Assembly (NCBI GenBank): GCA_963809485.1
Contig: CAWEJX010000017.1
Coordinates: 32,001-96,000 of the forward strand
From: an uncultured Acidobacteriota bacterium
GTDB taxonomy: Bacteria > Acidobacteriota > UBA6911
DNA length: 64,000 bases
Reading direction: 5' to 3'
Shown: positions 9,365-19,043 of the stretch, piece by piece
How positions within the stretch are numbered: position 1 is the stretch's first letter
How the letters are laid out: every line of letters begins with the position of its first letter
The notes under the pieces: generated by a model
The model's input: the letters and a program-made list of their open reading frames with translations, nothing else
What the model was told of the DNA's origin: nothing
Databases searched by the model: none
Program-made: the position numbers and the translations under genes

Positions 9365-11588
9365 ATGGCTACTGCAAACAAATTCAATCAATCCCTTCGG
9401 ATCGCGCAATTTCTGTTCGCATTGGTATGTTTGGCGCTCATTCCAGGCTTTATCCATGCCCAGGACCCGGGAAATAACGAAGATCAATCATCAACAGCAA
9501 TAAGCGATAAGAAGACCCTTACAGTGGAGCCTCTATCAATCACGATAACGGTTGTTGCACGAAAAGAAGCTGAACCGGCTATGTCCATTCCCTTGAGCGT
9601 CACCGCGGTGACCCAGGGCACGCTCAATGATGCGGACATTCAAGCCGTCAAGCAGGCCGCCATATATGCGCCCAACACTTTCATAAATGAATTCACAGCC
9701 CGGGCCGTGAGCAATCCATTTTTCCGCGGCATCGGGGGCAGCCCGGCTAATCCGGGAGTAAGCACGTTCATTGACGGCGTTCCACAACTCAACGGCTCTT
9801 CATCCAATATCGAAATGATCGATGTCGGCCAGGTTGAATTTGTGCGCGGGCCCGAAGGAGCCCTATACGGGCGCAATACCGCGGGCGGATTGATCAACAT
9901 CCGCAGCCGTCCGTCGTCGGAGCAATGGAATGCCCAGGCAGACGGGGCTTTCGGAAATTACAGCTACCGTGACCTGCGCGCCTCCGTTTCCAGCCCTCTA
10001 CTCAAGGAGCGCTTCAGCCTGAACCTGGCCGGCGGCTATTCCGGGCGGGACGGCTATACCGACAATGATCTCACCGGTCATGACCTTGACAGTCGAGCTG
10101 CGGGTTTCGGCAAAGGTCAGCTGTTTTTTAAAATAAACGACCAGTGGAAAATCCGCTGGATTGTATCGGGTGAACGCGATCGGGACGGCGACTATGCGCT
10201 GGGCGACCTGCAATATATCCGCGAAAATCCAAACCATGTAAGCCGTGATTTTGAAGGTTACACGCATCGCGGTGTGGGTTCCACGACCCTTGTCGTGGAT
10301 TATCGCCGGCGCCACAATAGATTTTTCATCAATCTCGGGCGGCGTCTGGTGGAAGACTCACAGTCTTACGGATCTCGACTATCAAACGGCAGCCTTGGCA
10401 AACGGCGGACTGTACGCTATCCGGGATAGCACGGAGCAGCAGCATCAGCTGACCCAGGAATTCCGCTTCGCCTCCGCCAGGGACAAGGCAGTCCGTTTGG
10501 GCACCGCACTGGATCTAAGCTGGCAGGCAGGAGTCTTCATTTTTGGACAGGATTACGGGCAAGACGCGTCGAACGACATTTCCAGCACCTTCGGTTTTTT
10601 CCCGAGGATGCTGACTACATCCGCTACCGACCTGGATGATCAGGGCATCGGCATTTACGGCCAGGCCAGGTTCACTGCCTGGAAGAAACTGGATATCGCA
10701 GCCGGTCTGCGCTTCGACTATGAAGACAAGGACGCAAACCTGGTAAATGCCATGGGATTCACAACCAGGCTTAGTGACAGCTATTCCGAAGCATCTCCTC
10801 AGTTCAGCGCAGCGTATCGGTACGCGCCGGATCAAATGGCCTATGCCTCCATTTCCCGCGGATACAAGGCCGGAGGATTCAATCCCGCACCGACAGGCGT
10901 TCCCGCTCCGGCCAGGACGGAATCGTATGACGCCGAGCATACCTGGAACTATGAACTGGGTCACAAGGCCAGGTGGCTGGGGAACAAGCTCGAATCGACC
11001 GTGGCGCTTTTTTATATAAACTGGCAAAACCTGCAGCTGAATCAGCAGATCCCCTACAGCGGCGGACAGTATTATATCGGCAACGCCGGCGCCGCCTACA
11101 GCAAAGGTATCGAGGTTGAAACAAGGTACCATCCGTTTTATTGGTGGGAGCTTTTCGGTATGGCCGGATATACCGATGCCAAATTTCTCAGCGGCAGCAG
11201 CGCGTATAACGCAAACCTTGGGGCCAATGAGCCGGTCGGCGGCAATGATCTTCCCTATACGCCCACCTACAATGCGAATATGGGCACCCAGATTTCATGG
11301 GCCCCAGCCCGTGATGCAAGGTTGTATTTGCGGCTGCAGGTCACGATGTACGGCGACCTCCAGTTCGATGCATCCAATGCGGTGGGTCAGGCAGGTTACA
11401 GCCTGACAAGCTTTCGGGGAGGCGTACGCGGCAAGCGTTGGTTTGCCGAAGGCTGGGTGGACAACGCATGGAACACGCACTATGTGCCCATCGCCATCCC
11501 TTACGCTCAACTGGGAGCACCGTCAGGATACATAGGCGAAATCGGAGCCCCGCGCACCTACGGAGTCCGCGCCGGTATAATTTTTTAG
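9365..11588 (+). CDS. TonB-dependent receptor (one +1 frameshift near 10306)
   Basis: Plug motif 'VEFVRGPEGALYGRNTAGGLINI' in the first ORF; barrel motifs 'SRGYKAGGFN' and C-terminal 'PRTYGVRAGIIF' in the second; removing one C at 10306-10307 joins the frames. Confidence 0.85.
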
Positions 11589-11604
11589 CTTTTGTTCCAA
11601 CAGA

Positions 11605-11699
11605 TGTTGGCGTTTGTCAGCGTGCTGCTCAGCGTCTGTCAGCGTCCAATAATTCTGAAACGGTCAAACTCTCTGAGTCCCGCAATAGGGCTGCGGATT
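11605..11699 (-). repeat. ACGCTGAC array plus IS200-like end remnant
   Basis: Reverse complement matches 5169-5238 over about 70 bp. Confidence 0.65.
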
Positions 11700-11776
11700 T
11701 GCCTATTTCGAACCTTTTTTGTTTATTTCCTTTTCAATAGGCATTCAGGCAAGCCGCGAGTTGCCGGTTCTTCCTT

Positions 11777-13219
11777 TTACGCTTCGAAATCTGATGACCG
11801 TTTCACCGGCTTTTTCTTTTTGACGTCCGCGGGTTTCTCCAGGTATTTCAGAATTCCGGCCGGCACACCGGCGCCGGCGCCCTGACGGGGACGAAGCCAA
11901 TGCAGCCAGATTACGAGCAACCCAGCTGAAAGCAGTAGAATAATTCCGCCACGGTCATAGACAAAGCGTCGGCCGGATACCGCCTTTGCCTGTCGGTCGA
12001 GTTCCGGCTGCAGGGCTTTTTGGACTTCGGCGTCGTTTACGGCCTTCTCTTTCAGAGCTTCCACCAACGCCGTCTCAGCCGGCGTGACGCTCCTGGCATG
12101 AAGATAGGTCCCGAGCAGCCATCCGGACGATGCCAGGACTATGAGAGTGGCTAGGATGCCCGTCCAGGTGCGAGCCACGGCTTCCCAGCGGCGGGGGACT
12201 GCCTGTACCGGAGCGGCCTTGCGCGGCCCAGCTCTGAGGGCCACCCACCTCTTGTGGCGTGGGCAGGCATCATAGCAGCGCGTGCAGGCAAGGCACAATC
12301 CGCGGTCCGCGCGCAGATCATGAATGGCTCCGTAAGGGCACGCATCTGCGCACATGCCGCAGTTCAGCTCCTTGTCGGGCGTGATGCTGACATTTTTCCA
12401 GGAAACTCGCGAAAGGATCGAGAGGATTCCGCCATAGGGGCACAGCCAGCGGCAGTAAGGGCGTCCAATGAACATTCCCGCCAAAACAAAAGCGGCCCCG
12501 ATCGCGACCATATGAAAAGGGCCCGACCGTCGGAAAATCGGGATAAACGGGTCATAATCGCAAATGAGAAACCGCTGCCCGATATTTATGTTCCATGCGC
12601 CGAGCTGCATCTGAAGAGCCCATCCCGCAAAGAAGACCGCCAGCGCGAGATAGACATACTGAAGCGATCGCAGCGCCTTGTCGAGCTTGACAGGCACCCT
12701 GAGCGGCCTCAGGAGCACGATATCCTGAAGCGCTCCCAGCGGGCAAACGCCGCTGCAGAAAACGCGGCCGAAAAAGAGCGCAAACACCAGCGGCAGGAAA
12801 AATATGGCGATGACGTTTATGGAAATGCTGTAATGCGGATCGACAAGGCAGAGCACAACATTCTGTATGGCGCCGACAGAGCAGATGCACCCTTTGCGGA
12901 AAAAGCCAAAATAGGCAACGGCGGCAATGCTGAGGATTATGGTGCCTTTGCGGCTGCGTCTTTTGAAAACCAGCCAGGCGGCCACCCCCAGGGCCAGCGC
13001 GAGCAATCCTACATCCAGGATGCGGAGCCAGTCGGGACTCGGCTCCGGGTGGACGGGCGTCGGGAAACTATGGGTTCCGCCAAAATCCGGCGGCGATTTC
13101 TGGTATTGAGCCAGAACAATCCCTGGCGCCATGCCGGCAGCCGCGAGATAAACACAGAGGCGGCGATACCATGATCGGAACATGTGAAGTTTGTGTGTGC
13201 CCGAGTTTGATTTATGCAT
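11777..13219 (-). CDS. Membrane 4Fe-4S binding protein (NapH/MauN/RdxA-like)
   Basis: TM helices; 'FCSGVCPLG' and 'CRWLCPYG' CxxxCP motifs; ferredoxin motifs 'ELNCGMCADACP' and 'CLACTRCYDACP'. Confidence 0.85.
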   Translation of the reverse strand: MHKSNSGTHKLHMFRSWYRRLCVYLAAAGMAPGIVLAQYQKSPPDFGGTHSFPTPVHPEPSPDWLRILDVGLLALALGVAAWLVFKRRSRKGTIILSIAAVAYFGFFRKGCICSVGAIQNVVLCLVDPHYSISINVIAIFFLPLVFALFFGRVFCSGVCPLGALQDIVLLRPLRVPVKLDKALRSLQYVYLALAVFFAGWALQMQLGAWNINIGQRFLICDYDPFIPIFRRSGPFHMVAIGAAFVLAGMFIGRPYCRWLCPYGGILSILSRVSWKNVSITPDKELNCGMCADACPYGAIHDLRADRGLCLACTRCYDACPRHKRWVALRAGPRKAAPVQAVPRRWEAVARTWTGILATLIVLASSGWLLGTYLHARSVTPAETALVEALKEKAVNDAEVQKALQPELDRQAKAVSGRRFVYDRGGIILLLSAGLLVIWLHWLRPRQGAGAGVPAGILKYLEKPADVKKKKPVKRSSDFEA

Positions 13220-13222
13220 TCT

Positions 13223-13819
13223 TCAGCTGGATTCCTGCGACTCGGCGTGTTCCGCGGCCGGAGAAAGTCCCGGCGTCGCGACCCGGACGATTGCATCTTC
13301 CGGGCAGACTGGCTGGATAGCGCAGGCATCGCATTCGAAGCATTGACTATAGCGGATTTCCAATCGGAGGGCACCGTTGCCCGCCGGAGGCTTGCAGGCT
13401 TTTACGCATTTGCCGCATCCGTCGCACAGGGACTCGTCGATCGTATACTCATAATAATTGTTGTTCGGATCCTCTTCGTCGATTTTGCCGACCACCTGCC
13501 TCTTGAGCGCGTCCCGTGGACAGACTTTCCCGGTCGGAAGCCCCATTTCATCGGGCTGGCTCGTTACATCATAATAGGCCGGGCAGAGCTGGCAGTATCC
13601 GCACTTGGGAAAGTCGTTAACCGCTCTAACAGCGGAATGGGCCAGAACACAGGAAGTGCGGCACAGGTCACAGGCCACACACTTCGAGGGATCGACCTGG
13701 AATACTGTGTTGCTTGCCGCCCGCTTCGTCAGGACCGCCGCAGCTCCCCCGATGCCGGCCAGACCAACGATGCGCAGCGACCGGTCCATAAACTGCCGCC
13801 GGCTGGATTTATCGCTCAT
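13223..13819 (-). CDS. Tat-exported polyferredoxin (NapG-like)
   Basis: 'SSRRQFM' twin-arginine signal; four Cys clusters (CVACDLCRTSC, CGYCQLC, CDGCGKCVKAC, CFECDAC...CP); ATGA overlap with the upstream gene. Confidence 0.85.
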   Translation of the reverse strand: MSDKSSRRQFMDRSLRIVGLAGIGGAAAVLTKRAASNTVFQVDPSKCVACDLCRTSCVLAHSAVRAVNDFPKCGYCQLCPAYYDVTSQPDEMGLPTGKVCPRDALKRQVVGKIDEEDPNNNYYEYTIDESLCDGCGKCVKACKPPAGNGALRLEIRYSQCFECDACAIQPVCPEDAIVRVATPGLSPAAEHAESQESS

Positions 13820-14901
13820 GCAGGCTCCCTGCCCCCTTGTTCCGGCCTTGCCGAAAACACTTTGATCTCCAGCCGCAGCGGATCCGCGACCAGGATGCGT
13901 CCTTTGGAATCTACAGCCAGATGAAGATGGGTGCATCTCGGATCGAAATGCTCCGGCCCGATTACGGCCAGCAGCGGACCTCCGGCGGCATACACCTTGA
14001 CCCGTGCGGCCACCTTTTCCGCGGTAACAATCTTCCCATCGGGTGTTACCGCAAGATTAACCGGATTGCAGCATCCCACAAAATCTTCCGGATTCCTTAG
14101 CCCGAATTTTCCAAAATGCCCTAAGGGCTCCCCCTTCAAATTCCAGGCGGAAATCCTGTGACGCCCCGGATCGGCCGCGCGAATCATTCCCCCGGCATCG
14201 ACACCCATGTCCAGGAAACGGTTGGGAAGCATAAAGCTTCGAGTCTTGCCATGAGCACCGATCGCGCCAAGCTGCTTCCCCTCCCGGTCGTAGCGGCGGA
14301 TAATGCGGGCCGCCGCGTCTGCTATCAGAATTTCCTTCCCGCATATTTTAACAGCGGTTATTTCGGCGGGCCGCCCGCTTTCCCCGGCCGCGAATTCTCC
14401 CAGGCGATTTCCATCACGGCTGCAAATGTGAACTCGTCCGGGAGAGCCCAAGACAACATTCCCCTCCGCAGAAACCGTCAGGCATGCCGATTGATCGGGC
14501 GCCTTCCAGCTTCCTTCCGGATGGCCGCCGCGACTGAAGATTCTCACTTCTCCGTCGCCCAGGGCAAAAATGCTATCCCTGTCGCCGGTCGCAATCCCAA
14601 GGAGCGAACGGCGAAATGGACGGGTTGAAGACAATCCGCCCGGACCGGTGACTTCGGAATATTCCAGCTCGAAACGGGCTGGGATCGATACGGCAGAACG
14701 GGAAGGCACAGCCTCAACCTGCACCAGCACGGGATCAGGCTTGCGTTCGGCTCGCAGTTCCGCCTGCGGATTCAGGGCTGCCGCCACAAAGGACGAAAAA
14801 GCACCTAACAGGGCCGCCGGCGGCGACTGGGACGCCCGGGCACGCCGCGTCGATTCCACCTTTTTCCGCCTATTTTCTTTGAGATCCGATGAGTTGCCCA
14901 C
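13816..14901 (-). CDS. NHL-repeat (6-bladed propeller) protein with CC motif
   Basis: NHL-like repeats 'LAVTPDGKIVTAE' and 'LAVDSKGRILVAD'; 'FVGCCNP' motif. Confidence 0.7.
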   Translation of the reverse strand: MGNSSDLKENRRKKVESTRRARASQSPPAALLGAFSSFVAAALNPQAELRAERKPDPVLVQVEAVPSRSAVSIPARFELEYSEVTGPGGLSSTRPFRRSLLGIATGDRDSIFALGDGEVRIFSRGGHPEGSWKAPDQSACLTVSAEGNVVLGSPGRVHICSRDGNRLGEFAAGESGRPAEITAVKICGKEILIADAAARIIRRYDREGKQLGAIGAHGKTRSFMLPNRFLDMGVDAGGMIRAADPGRHRISAWNLKGEPLGHFGKFGLRNPEDFVGCCNPVNLAVTPDGKIVTAEKVAARVKVYAAGGPLLAVIGPEHFDPRCTHLHLAVDSKGRILVADPLRLEIKVFSARPEQGGREPA

Positions 14902-16181
14902 TATTTTTTCCCGCTTCCGGCCTGGCCTACCTGGAGGCAGACCATCTGGCTCATGTCCCGAATTATCAGCTTTCCGTTCGAGAGAGCTATCGGCCCCCAG
15001 ACGTCTTCGCCCTTCAGGATCTGTGCCGATGCGAGCTCTTTATATTCTTTCGTGTTCGCTTCTATCAACCGCAGCATGCCGGTTTTGCCGTCCAGGACAA
15101 AAAACATTCCGTCTGCAAGCAGGAACGCTCCGAGGTCAAAGGTCCTTGAAGCCCCGGCATCGCCCGAGACAACCGGGCTTTGCCATACAATTTTTCCGTC
15201 AAGCCCGAGGCAGCTGAACCTTCCCCGGGTTTTGCTGCTCACGGAAAAAAGATGATTTTGAAAGAGGATGGGAGTTTGGGCTTCGGAGCTGAATTGCGTG
15301 CTGGTCAGGTCGTAAAGTTTCCGGGCTGAAAAGCCTGAAGCGCCCTTTTCAACCTGATACATCTTGCTCCCGGCTTCATACCCGCTCGTTACAAAAATCC
15401 TGCCATCCCCGATGGCGACTGGAGACGGAACGGCAACAATTCTCGCGGAGAACGGAATGCTCCAAAGAAGCTGCCCGTCGGCAGCCGCGATCCCCGACAG
15501 GTTCTTCATCGACAGGTACAGATACTGTTTGACTCCCCCAATGGTTGTCGGCATCAGGGAGGAATGCGACATTAATTCCTTGGCCGGATTCGATGTGCGC
15601 CAGATTTCCTTCCCGGTTGCCTGATCAAAGGCAACTGCCAGCGCATCTCCGCCTGTCGCCAGGATCACGCGGTCTCCGTCCAGGAGCGGATTCTGGCCCG
15701 CATACCACCCCGGAATTGTGGCCTTATATTCCTGCACCAGGTTCTTCTGCCAGACGAGCTTGCCCGTTTTGGAATCCAGGGCGTGGAAGCGGCACTTGGG
15801 GTCCATCGAGAATATCAATTTCTGGCCGACTGAAGGAACCGTGCGGGTAATCCCGTGATTGGGGCGGACTTCGACAGGGTAAGTCCAGCTCCAGACGTCC
15901 TTTCCGGTCGCCAGCGAGATGCAGCGCACCAGGTGTTCTTTTTTCGCCGCGTCGTAGTCATTGACATAGACCAGGCCATCCTTTATGGCCGCGCCGGCAT
16001 ACCCCTCGCATACCGGGGTCTTCCAAAGAACTTTCGGTCCCTGCGCCGGCCAGCTGCGGAGCAGGCCCGTCTCCGGGGATATGTTGTTCCGTTCAGGGCC
16101 GCGGAACTGCGGCCAATCCCCGCCACGCAGAGGAATCGTATTCAGGGCCAGCAAAACCAAGAACAAAAGACGAAAGAACAT
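14901..16181 (-). CDS. Exported PQQ-binding-like beta-propeller protein
   Basis: RBS AAGGA, signal peptide, 'DWPQFRGPERNN', propeller repeats. Confidence 0.85.
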   Translation of the reverse strand: MFFRLLFLVLLALNTIPLRGGDWPQFRGPERNNISPETGLLRSWPAQGPKVLWKTPVCEGYAGAAIKDGLVYVNDYDAAKKEHLVRCISLATGKDVWSWTYPVEVRPNHGITRTVPSVGQKLIFSMDPKCRFHALDSKTGKLVWQKNLVQEYKATIPGWYAGQNPLLDGDRVILATGGDALAVAFDQATGKEIWRTSNPAKELMSHSSLMPTTIGGVKQYLYLSMKNLSGIAAADGQLLWSIPFSARIVAVPSPVAIGDGRIFVTSGYEAGSKMYQVEKGASGFSARKLYDLTSTQFSSEAQTPILFQNHLFSVSSKTRGRFSCLGLDGKIVWQSPVVSGDAGASRTFDLGAFLLADGMFFVLDGKTGMLRLIEANTKEYKELASAQILKGEDVWGPIALSNGKLIIRDMSQMVCLQVGQAGSGKK

Positions 16182-16268
16182 GGTTGGTATTCCTTTTTGA
16201 AAATCCAAGCCTTAATACATCTAAACCGATGCAGATTAATTATATTAGTGTGCGCGAATCCTGTCCAA

Positions 16269-16283
16269 GCAAAAGCGGTGCCA
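16269..16283 (-). promoter_or_regulatory. Sigma-54 (-24/-12) promoter
   Basis: Minus strand reads TGGCAC-CGCTT-TTGC(T), an exact consensus match, about 90 bp upstream of the operon start at 16181. Confidence 0.75.
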
Positions 16284-16359
16284 TGTAGGCACAGTTCCAG
16301 ACCCTTGTCCCCAAAAGCCTGTAACGCCGACAAACGCCGAAAATATATACATTTTGGGA

Positions 16360-16845
16360 TTAGCAAACATCGCCGAGGAGGGCATCCCAGTCAAGGCCGG
16401 CAAAGGTGGCATGAAGGGAGTGATCGTCGTCCACGCAATGGAATTCGTGGTTTATAAAAAGCCATCCGGCAATTTTCCGCACCACGGCCAGGGGCACCAC
16501 ATCATCCCGAATTCCGTGCACGATAAATACTGGCATGTTCAGCTTCTTCTTCAGATAAGGCGTATACGGCTCCAGGTGCAGGGCTGGAGCGAGCAGAATG
16601 AGCTTTTTCACTCGCTCCTCGTGAAGGCTGGCGTAGACAGCGGCCATAAGCCCCCCGTAGCTGGAGCCGACGAGGATGATGTCGTTCTTGCCCGCTAAAA
16701 TGGCCTCGAGTTTTTCCATCCGCTGCTGAAGGGGTCCCTCGAAGTCATCGAGGATCATGCCCGGATAATGCTCACGGAAGTAAGCTCCCTTGGTTCCCTG
16801 ACTTGAACTCTCCAGTCCGTGAATAAACATGCATGTGGGCTTCAT
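16360..16845 (-). CDS. Alpha/beta hydrolase (YqiA/YcfP-like)
   Basis: 'FIHGLESS', nucleophile GSSYGG, 'HGIRDDVV', 'DDDHSL'. Confidence 0.85.
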   Translation of the reverse strand: MKPTCMFIHGLESSSQGTKGAYFREHYPGMILDDFEGPLQQRMEKLEAILAGKNDIILVGSSYGGLMAAVYASLHEERVKKLILLAPALHLEPYTPYLKKKLNMPVFIVHGIRDDVVPLAVVRKIAGWLFINHEFHCVDDDHSLHATFAGLDWDALLGDVC

Positions 16846-16939
16846 CACACCTCCGCCCTGATGCCGGGCCTGCTGGAAAGGTACCACAAAACGATTGGGG
16901 CCGGGTGCTCTGCTGGAATCAATCGTGCAGTTTTGCCGG

Positions 16940-18328
16940 TTATTTGCCCTGGTCGGGCATCCGGATGGTGATTGGGAACTCCACGCCTCTTCTCAGGACC
17001 CGGAGCTCCATTTGCGCGCCCCAGTCGCGTGTCTGCAAATGAGAGGCAAAACTGGGGACATCCCTGATTGGCTGCCCGTCCATCGCAACGATCAGGTCGC
17101 CCACCAGGACTCCCGCCAGATCCGCCGGCATCCGTTTCGCCACATCGACCACGAGAAGCCCGCTTTGTTTTGGAATCTGCAGAGCGTCGGCGAGTTCAGG
17201 CGTCAGAACTAGGGTGTCGAGGCCGACCATCGGTTGCGGGATGATGCGCTTAGTCCCGGAAACCAATCCGACAGCCTGGGGATTGAAGCTTCCGGACAAA
17301 TTAAACGCGAGCCTTCCCCGAGCCGGCCGGGGCCTGCGGCTTTCAATCAACGCGCCGAGCTTCATCGGGCTTCCCTGCCGGACAATTTCCAGTTCGGCCA
17401 GGGATCCGATCGGCGTGTACTGGACGAGCTGAATGAATTGGCGGGCGTCCCTTATTTCCTGGCCGTTATACTTGAACAGGATATCCTCCGACAAAAGGCC
17501 GGCTTTGGCTGCCGGGCTATCCGGTTCAACAGCCTGAATCCAGAGTCCGGAAGGGCCCGCGGACTGCGAATCCGCCAGAAAAACTCCCAGCCACCCGGTG
17601 CGAATATCTCCACCTTCCTTGAGAATCCTTTGCGCGGAAGCCAGGAGATTCGATATTGGGTACACTACGGTTCGGAATCCCATGGCGTCCTGGCTGGCGA
17701 CAAACCCCAGAATGCGGTGATCAGCCGTGAGAACGGGCAGGCCAATCTCAGGAAACGGGCGGTTCATTTTTACCGTCCAGCTTCCCTGGGCGGGGATCCC
17801 ATTGGCGCTTCCGACCGAGAGTATTTGCGCTTCATGAAACTGCGACAGGCCCTTGCGACCGATGACCGGGGCCATTACCGTGACGCCGTCTTTGATTTCA
17901 CAGTCCGTGCATAGGGGCGTCTTTTTAAGCTTGCCGCCCAGCGACTGCACTACGGCTACCCCGCTGAGCTGGTCGATGCCTATCATCTTCCCGGGCCACT
18001 TCTGCCCCTCGCCGGCAGTGATCTCGATGCGGGAATTCTTACTCGGGATATCGACCCAGTGATAGCCCAGGAAGGTCATGATACGGCCTTTGCCGTCAAG
18101 AACGATTCCCGTGGAGGAAAAAACCTGGATAAGGATGGGACTGTAATCGACGACCGTTTTCCCGTTGATCTCGACCGTGTCCTTAACGCCGGAAGTTTCG
18201 GTGATGATATTCACGCGAACCAGGGCGAGTTCCTGATCCGAAGCCTGGAAAAAACCGATCGCGGAGGCTTCACCCCCCAACAGAAGGCACAGGATCAGAA
18301 ATCGTATTATAGGAATTGAGCGGATCAT
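16940..18328 (-). CDS. HtrA/DegQ-like protein with two PDZ domains and a degenerate protease site
   Basis: Signal peptide; trypsin-like region; 'GWLGV...VEPDSPAAKAGL' and a second PDZ; no GNSGG motif. Confidence 0.75.
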   Translation of the reverse strand: MIRSIPIIRFLILCLLLGGEASAIGFFQASDQELALVRVNIITETSGVKDTVEINGKTVVDYSPILIQVFSSTGIVLDGKGRIMTFLGYHWVDIPSKNSRIEITAGEGQKWPGKMIGIDQLSGVAVVQSLGGKLKKTPLCTDCEIKDGVTVMAPVIGRKGLSQFHEAQILSVGSANGIPAQGSWTVKMNRPFPEIGLPVLTADHRILGFVASQDAMGFRTVVYPISNLLASAQRILKEGGDIRTGWLGVFLADSQSAGPSGLWIQAVEPDSPAAKAGLLSEDILFKYNGQEIRDARQFIQLVQYTPIGSLAELEIVRQGSPMKLGALIESRRPRPARGRLAFNLSGSFNPQAVGLVSGTKRIIPQPMVGLDTLVLTPELADALQIPKQSGLLVVDVAKRMPADLAGVLVGDLIVAMDGQPIRDVPSFASHLQTRDWGAQMELRVLRRGVEFPITIRMPDQGK

Positions 18329-18350
18329 GGTTGCACAAGCCACGGCCAAT

Positions 18351-19043
18351 CTAATGGCTGACGTTCCGGATAAAATATTCTTCGGACGCCTGTCCATACT
18401 GCATCCGGATTCTTTTGGGCAACCGGATCGTCACGGGGCGGTTGTCCGGTCCGGTCACTTGGTATTCCAAATATTCCGTTTCGGTACTTTCCAGGTCCGG
18501 CATATGCGCTCTTTTCAGCGGCCGCGGAGTTTCAAGGGATGCTGACACTCTGGCAATTTCTTTTGTCTCCGCAGGCTCGATGGTGTTCTGGACAGGCTCC
18601 GTTACGGCAGATTTTGGAGTCTCTGCCGGAGCTGTCCGGCTGGAAGCAACGGAAGGCACCGGCCCCGGGCCGGGAACCATCCGATGATACAAAGGAATCG
18701 CTGCTATCCCTATGATGGCAACGCTCGATGCCGCTACGGCCAACTTCTGCCAGGAGGGCCACTCGATCCCGTAAATCAAGAATCTTCGTATCCAGGAAAA
18801 TCCGCTCCGGGTTTTGCGTCTCGCTATTTTATCGAGGACGGAAGCTTCAAAGTTTTCCGGGGCCTTGACACGCCGGAGCTCAAGAGCCATGTGGCTGAGC
18901 TTTTGGGCGCCGGCCAGTTCTTTACCGCAACGGATGCACTGCAGGGCGTGGCGCTCCATGCCGAAACGGCCGGAAAAATCCAGTCCGCCCTCAAGATAAT
19001 CCTCCAAATTCCTATGAAATGTCCGGCAGTCCATAGTCTTCAA
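18351..19043 (-). CDS. Zinc-binding anti-sigma factor (zf-HC2)
   Basis: 'C...LEDYLEGGL...ERHALQCIRC' HxxxCxxC motif plus one TM helix; lies directly after an ECF sigma gene. Confidence 0.85.
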   Translation of the reverse strand: MKTMDCRTFHRNLEDYLEGGLDFSGRFGMERHALQCIRCGKELAGAQKLSHMALELRRVKAPENFEASVLDKIARRKTRSGFSWIRRFLIYGIEWPSWQKLAVAASSVAIIGIAAIPLYHRMVPGPGPVPSVASSRTAPAETPKSAVTEPVQNTIEPAETKEIARVSASLETPRPLKRAHMPDLESTETEYLEYQVTGPDNRPVTIRLPKRIRMQYGQASEEYFIRNVSH

